Below are positions 63,201 to 64,000 of a stretch of DNA of 64,000 nucleotides, piece by piece (the first letter of the stretch is position 1; each line of letters begins with the position of its first letter). Under the pieces are notes generated by a model that had not been told where the DNA came from, did no database searches, and was given only the letters and a program-made list of their open reading frames with translations. The stretch is from Azolla caroliniana (lineage: Eukaryota; Plantae; Polypodiophyta), in NCBI GenBank assembly GCA_043228905.1, contig JBHGNT010000011.1, forward strand, positions 22,180,349-22,244,348, in the 5' to 3' direction. The translations under genes and the position numbers were made by a program.

Positions 63201-64000
63201 CCGTTCAGTTCCGGCGTCTTCGGCACAGTAAACTCGAGCCGGATTCCCTTCGAGCGACAGTACTCCGCGAACTGCCCCCGGTATTCCCCTCCGTTATCCG
63301 CTCGTATCGCTTTCAGCTTCTTGCCGGATTCCCTTTCCACTCTCGCGTGGAGTTCTTTGAAGACGGGCAATACTTGGTCCTTTGTCTTCAGCGGCGCCAT
63401 CCACAGCTTCCGGCTGTGGTCATCAATGAATGTCACGAAGTACTGGGCTCCGCCATGTGACTTCGTTTCTACTTGACACACGTCAGTGTGCACCAGCTCC
63501 AATGGTGCGCTACGTCTCGTCGGTGGCCTTGAGTGGAAGGAGGTTCGGTTCTGCTTACCGGCCAGGCAATCGGTGCACTTCTCCAGGTGCACATGCTTCA
63601 CTGGAATGAGGTTGTCTTCTGCAAGCCTCTTCATCCCCTTCTCACTCATGTGGCACAGTCTCTTGTGCCACAGCTCACCGGCAGTGTCGGCTGCCACGTT
63701 CAACTCTTCCGGACACAACCGGGCATTCATAAGGTACAGCGTGTTGACTTTCCGGGCCCGAGCCACTATCAGGCTCCCCTTGCTGAACTTCATTACGCCG
63801 TTCCGGATGCTACCTGAGTAGCCTTCATCGTCTAGCCTCCCGGCCGAAATCAGGTTCTATCGAACCTCCGGAACGTGTCGAACATCCTTCAGCAGCATCT
63901 TGCATCCGGTTGATGTCATCAGCCATACGTCTCCTATGCCGGCAATCCGGCACGTACCTTCATTTCCCATCCGAACAAAGCCATGCTCACCGGTTGTGTA
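60236..64000 (-). mobile_element. Youngest nested Ty1/copia: 3' LTR 60236-60924, PPT, and pol; continues beyond the window
   Basis: tgttg...aaca LTR; aactcccccttc at 60925; long pol ORF. Confidence 0.95.
60935..63793 (-). CDS. Copia pol polyprotein (gag-pre-integrase, integrase, RT, RNase H); frame open to 63856, with an in-frame TAG at 63857-63859
   Basis: LWHKRLCH..C..C, VHTDVC, RADNGGEY, NGLAERMNRT, QMDVKTAFLHG, SLYGLKQAPRQW, YVDDML, ADSDMSAD, STTEAEY, CDSQSAI; INT-RT-RH order is copia. Confidence 0.95.
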   Translation of the reverse strand: MKFSKGSLIVARARKVNTLYLMNARLCPEELNVAADTAGELWHKRLCHMSEKGMKRLAEDNLIPVKHVHLEKCTDCLAGKQNRTSFHSRPPTRRSAPLELVHTDVCQVETKSHGGAQYFVTFIDDHSRKLWMAPLKTKDQVLPVFKELHARVERESGKKLKAIRADNGGEYRGQFAEYCRSKGIRLEFTVPKTPELNGLAERMNRTIMERVRSMLAHAKLPKGFWAEAMSTATYVINRSPSVPLDGDTPQKVWTGREVSYRHLKVFGCLAYVHVAKDRRGKLDPKTRPCIFLGYGDDKFGYRVWDPVDKKISRSRDIIFMEDKTLADWESEKKMKSSKSTGEDRLYKEQSRPARDRLTLEDPAEDGEETEPAEEDENDTGTGPDPEMDSDEEESEEPVTEAPERRYPLRERRAPRRFPEPEHVLLTDEGEPESFEEAKHDTHSRRWLSAMQEEMESLHENHTYELVELPKGKRALRNKWVFKLKPGDAGNPPRYKARIVVKGFQQKKGVDFDEIFAPVVKMTSIRTVLSIAASMDLEVEQMDVKTAFLHGDLEEEIYMRQPEGFEKKGKEHLVCRLKKSLYGLKQAPRQWYRKFDSFMTDEGYHKTQSDHCVFVKKFEGGEFLILLLYVDDMLIVGRDQVKIRMLKKALHRTFSMKDLGPARQILGMHIIRDRRKKQLWLSQEKYVTKVLQRFNMSEARPVGSTLPANCKLSSKQSPKTKAEKEDMMKVPYASAVGSLMYAMVCTRPDIGYAVGVVSRYMSNPGKEHWNAVKWILRYLKGTSNMCLRFGSGKPELDGFADSDMSADADTSRSTSGYVMTYAGGAVSWQSRLQKTVALSTTEAEYMAAVEAGKEIIWMKDFIRELGIRQEEYRLYCDSQSAIHLAKNAAYHSRTKHIQRRYHWIRERIEDQEFVLTKIHTDENGSDMLTKVLTPDKLEACRKRIGLERHPMPK

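Noticed and set aside
60554-63821. Many + strand ORFs of 65-203 aa
   Set aside because: Antisense shadows of the GC-rich copia pol and LTR, with no independent motifs.

Overview
Land-plant nuclear DNA, probably from a fern or another non-flowering plant with a large genome (inferred from gene divergence and TE families). 1-32.5 kb: the 3' ~80% of a TOR kinase gene (+ strand, 48 GT-AG exons traced to GWCPFW-stop at 32504). Its introns hold about 11 non-LTR retrotransposon pieces from three related RTEX/RTE-like families (called A, B and C here), including a ~10 kb intron with a near full-length two-ORF LINE. 34.9-45.4 kb: a convergent SCAPER-like gene (- strand, ~1850 aa, 10 coding exons). 47.5-50.2 kb: a 5'-truncated family B LINE. 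50.8-64 kb: a Tnt1/Tork-like Ty1/copia cluster made of one TSD-flanked deletion derivative and a five-deep nested stack. Main observations: a covarying 3' stem-loop shared by all three LINE families, a canonical PCNA PIP-box in the family A ORF2 tail, a B-A head-to-tail chimera, telo-boxes in a LINE 5' UTR, a telomere-like filler at a copia deletion junction, a splice-created uORF in SCAPER, and a Leu gatekeeper in TOR. All boundaries were read by eye and reference comparisons are from memory.
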